From contig JAIPET010000004.1 of NCBI GenBank assembly GCA_021736975.1, positions 2,008-66,007 on the forward strand: DNA of 64,000 nt, given 5' to 3'. This document shows positions 62,347 through 64,000 of this stretch, one piece after another. Under the pieces are notes generated by a model. It was given only the letters and a program-made list of their open reading frames with translations, was not told the DNA's origin and ran no database searches. The position numbers were made by a program, and so were the translations under genes. Within the stretch, counting starts at the first letter, position 1; each line of letters begins with the position of its first letter. The stretch is from Candidatus Woesearchaeota archaeon. GTDB lineage: Archaea > Nanobdellota > Nanobdellia > Woesearchaeales > 21-14-0-10-32-9.

Positions 62347-63795
62347 ATGGTAGAAATTGAATTTGATAAAATAAAACAAATAATAAAAACAACACAAGAC
62401 TACATAGAAAACCAATCAAAAAAGAAAAAAGAACAAACAGAAAAATTGCAAAAAAACAAAAAATATGACTACGAAGAACTATACAAAGCAACTAACAACC
62501 ACCACTTATTCTCTGAACACACAGTGAAAGTAATCAACAAACTAAAAGAAAAAATTCAAAAACAACCCCCAAACAAAGAACTAGACGAACAAATAAACAT
62601 ACTAGAAACAATAAAAACAAGAATAGAAATAATAAACAAAATACTAAAACAACAAGTAAACTCAATAGAACAAAAAAACATAGAAGAATACCTAGATCTA
62701 TACGAACAAGAAAAAATAATAGATCAAGGAACAATAAACAACTACGAACCAAAACTAAAAAAATACAATATAAAAATCCCAAAAATACTACTAAACACAA
62801 CAGTAATAATACTAATGCTATTAGGATCAATATCTGAAATGAAAGGAGGAGAACTAACAAGAAAAATAATACCCAAAAAAAATCCAGAAATAATAAAAGT
62901 AATGGAAAATTACAAAAAAAATCTAAAATCAAAAATAATTCTTAAGGGAACCGAGCATTTACCTAATACAACTGAATTTTCACTAGACAAAATAAAAGAA
63001 GCAATAGAAGAAGCAATAGCATTCACAATATATAACTATGGAAAAACAAAACAACCAGAACAAATAGTGATAAAACTGATGCCAGGATGGAATCTACACA
63101 CATTAGGACAATTTACAGGACATTTAAACACTCAAACCATGGAAATAGAAGTAAACCTATCAGAAACATATACATCTTACAAAGCATACCATATATTCAT
63201 AGCGAAAACACTTGGAACAATAATACACGAAACAACACACTACCTAGATTTTTTTAACAATCCAGATAACCTAGAAATAGATCTTAACATAGAAAAATGG
63301 AAAAAAGGAATTTCATTGCCAAACGAATACAAAAAAGTTATTCAAACCCTACAAGCATACAACAATATACTAATAGAAACAGAACTAAAAGCTCACAAAA
63401 TACAAACAGATTATTTAATTCTACTAAAAAAAGAATTTCCACAGTTTGAGCATGTACATGAAACAAAAGAAGGCGGAATGGAAAAAGGAATATTTTTCAT
63501 AAAAGACATCATACAAGAAAAAAAATCAAAACTAGCAATAATAAAACAAGGAGAATACTCTGGACAAAAACAATTCATACAAAATGCAAAAGAAAAAATA
63601 GCAGGTCAAATGATAAACAAACAAATATCAATAAACCCATTATTTAAAGATAAAAAAGTAAATATAGAAGAAATAAGTAAATATTTACAAATAGAACTAG
63701 AACTCGCAAAAAAAGGAGTTTCTATAATGAGAGAAGAAAACATTTTGCAAATAGAAATAAATAAAACAAATAATTCTATATTTATATTCAAATAA
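62347..63795 (+). CDS. Membrane-anchored putative zinc metalloprotease
   Basis: Coiled-coil N-terminus, TM VIILMLLG, IIHETTHYLD (HEXXH), downstream ETELKAH. Confidence 0.65.
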   Translation: MVEIEFDKIKQIIKTTQDYIENQSKKKKEQTEKLQKNKKYDYEELYKATNNHHLFSEHTVKVINKLKEKIQKQPPNKELDEQINILETIKTRIEIINKILKQQVNSIEQKNIEEYLDLYEQEKIIDQGTINNYEPKLKKYNIKIPKILLNTTVIILMLLGSISEMKGGELTRKIIPKKNPEIIKVMENYKKNLKSKIILKGTEHLPNTTEFSLDKIKEAIEEAIAFTIYNYGKTKQPEQIVIKLMPGWNLHTLGQFTGHLNTQTMEIEVNLSETYTSYKAYHIFIAKTLGTIIHETTHYLDFFNNPDNLEIDLNIEKWKKGISLPNEYKKVIQTLQAYNNILIETELKAHKIQTDYLILLKKEFPQFEHVHETKEGGMEKGIFFIKDIIQEKKSKLAIIKQGEYSGQKQFIQNAKEKIAGQMINKQISINPLFKDKKVNIEEISKYLQIELELAKKGVSIMREENILQIEINKTNNSIFIFK

Positions 63796-63918
63796 AAACA
63801 AAGTATAACTTATACAAAATCACAAAAATCAAAGAAAAAAATTAATCAAAAAACCAGATAATATCCTCTTCTGCAACAACGCTAAAATCAAAGATTCACT
63901 AATTGCAAAATCAAATAT

Positions 63919-64000
63919 CTAAATAATATCCTCTTCTGCAACAACAAGGAAATCACCCATTGCAATAACTGCAGAAAATGGAATTAAAGCATCTCCTTCC
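63919..64000 (-). CDS. PRC-barrel domain protein, C-terminal end (partial)
   Basis: Hand translation ...EGDALIPFSAVIAMGDFLVVAEEDII*. Confidence 0.75.
   Translation of the reverse strand, partial: EGDALIPFSAVIAMGDFLVVAEEDII

Noticed and set aside
798-63791. Dozens of Leu/Phe/Val/Cys-rich minus-strand ORFs overlapping real genes (e.g. 1845-2519, 17520-18164, 29423-30130, 55064-55726)
   Set aside because: Antisense shadows of A-rich, T-poor coding strands; no motifs, and fully overlapped by well-supported genes.

Overview
AT-rich, gene-dense chromosomal segment of a DPANN archaeon, most likely Woesearchaeota. This is an inference from archaeal Top6A/B, RFC-S, RIO1, Dim2/PNO1, archaeal-type GlyRS, TrmB and TATA promoters occurring alongside bacterial-type UvrABC, glucokinase and non-oxidative pentose-phosphate enzymes. 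Positions 1-32 kb are mostly housekeeping (dcd-like, truD, corA, tRNA-Phe, rpe, split transketolase, uvrA/C/B, glk, tal, glyS, DEAD-box helicase, rio1, top6B/A). Positions 32-42 kb are an accessory island with TA genes and remnants, a membrane Ser/Thr kinase, an AbrB-PhoU regulator and a divergent operon holding a beta-barrel-like protein, a lipoprotein, a DHH-like protein and a methyltransferase. Positions 42.5-49.8 kb are a five-gene cell-surface cluster (class III signal protein, membrane protein, three paralogous Cys-patterned lipoproteins). It is followed by a catalytically degenerate Xer-like gene coupled to an 1805-aa surface protein, HEPN-MNT, a Ski2-like helicase and a membrane HEXXH protein. 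Signals the gene calls do not explain: three families of dispersed non-coding palindromic elements (one with two 35-bp arms, 8-bp target duplications and unrelated cores), related hairpins in-frame inside conserved genes, and tandem re-duplication of gene 3' ends. All calls come from reading motifs by eye; no searches were run.
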